63,980 nucleotides of DNA. Origin: Chiloscyllium plagiosum (taxonomy: Eukaryota). Both the position numbers and the translations under genes were made by a program. Under the pieces are notes generated by a model. It did not search any database. It saw only the letters and a program-made list of their open reading frames with translations, and was not told where the DNA came from. Positions 63,623-63,980 of this stretch are shown here, piece after piece (position 1 is the stretch's first letter; each line of letters starts with the position of its first letter). The stretch covers positions 2,765,187-2,829,166 of the forward strand of contig NC_057759.1 in assembly GCF_004010195.1 (NCBI RefSeq), in the 5' to 3' direction.

Positions 63623-63785
63623 AAACAAAAAGGAAACTGCAGATGTTGGAATCTAAAGTAGGCAGGTGGGAGGCTGGGAAAACACAGCAAGCCAGGCAGC
63701 AGCAGCAGGTGGAGACTTCAGAGTTTCCAGTATCAACTCTTTTTCAGGACTGAAGAAGGGTTCTACCCGAAACGTTGACTTCTCT
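63623..63785. mobile_element. Fold-back Penelope-terminus element, subfamily 2, with an intact hammerhead core on the plus strand
   Basis: CTGAAGA (63750-56), A, GGGT-TCT-ACCC, GAAA, CGTT, GAC, preceded by a decayed inverted copy. Confidence 0.7.
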
Positions 63786-63789
63786 ATCA

Positions 63790-63980
63790 GCAAAGATTTA
63801 CCACAATGTTGCCAGGGATTGGAGGGTTTGAACTAGAGGGAGAAGTTGAATAATTTGGGTCTTTTCTCACTGGAGCATCAGAAGCTCCAGCGGCACGGTG
63901 GTTAGCACTGCTGCCTCAAAGCGCTAGAGACCCATCTTCAATTCCCGCCTCACTCTGTGTGGAGTTTGCACATTCTTCCC
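63790..63980 (+). mobile_element. CR1 fragment (63790-63885) followed by an HE1 SINE head running off the window
   Basis: AAGATTTACCACAATGTTGCCAGGG...; CGGCACGGTGGTTAGCACTGCTGCCTC...TGTGTGGAGTTTGCACATT. Confidence 0.8.

Overview
Repeat-dense vertebrate genomic DNA, most likely from a shark or other cartilaginous fish. This is inferred from abundant CR1 LINEs with an esterase ORF1, HE1/V-SINE-type tRNA SINEs, Penelope-like elements and KRAB-less C2H2 arrays. Bases 1-30196 are a tandem segmental duplication, with a further ~4 kb internal duplication, carrying three paralogous C2H2 zinc-finger genes (A 4310, B 18967, C 23015). A diverged fourth copy (D) starts at 62336. A, C and D are broken. 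B is the only open frame and is a chimera: nine fingers fused in frame to a 44-aa uncharged tail read from antisense CR1. The rest is mostly CR1 debris, SINEs, a probable solo LTR, a (GATA)n microsatellite and three N gaps. The most unusual signal is a set of short fold-back insertions built from Penelope-element termini, with minimal hammerhead-ribozyme motifs (CTGANGA-stem-GAAA-CGTC). The best one (35685-35915) is a 97-bp-arm palindrome with a 36-nt unpaired tail and a 15-bp target-site duplication; three more copies from two subfamilies are present. All calls come from reading the sequence by eye with no database search, and boundaries of old repeats are approximate.
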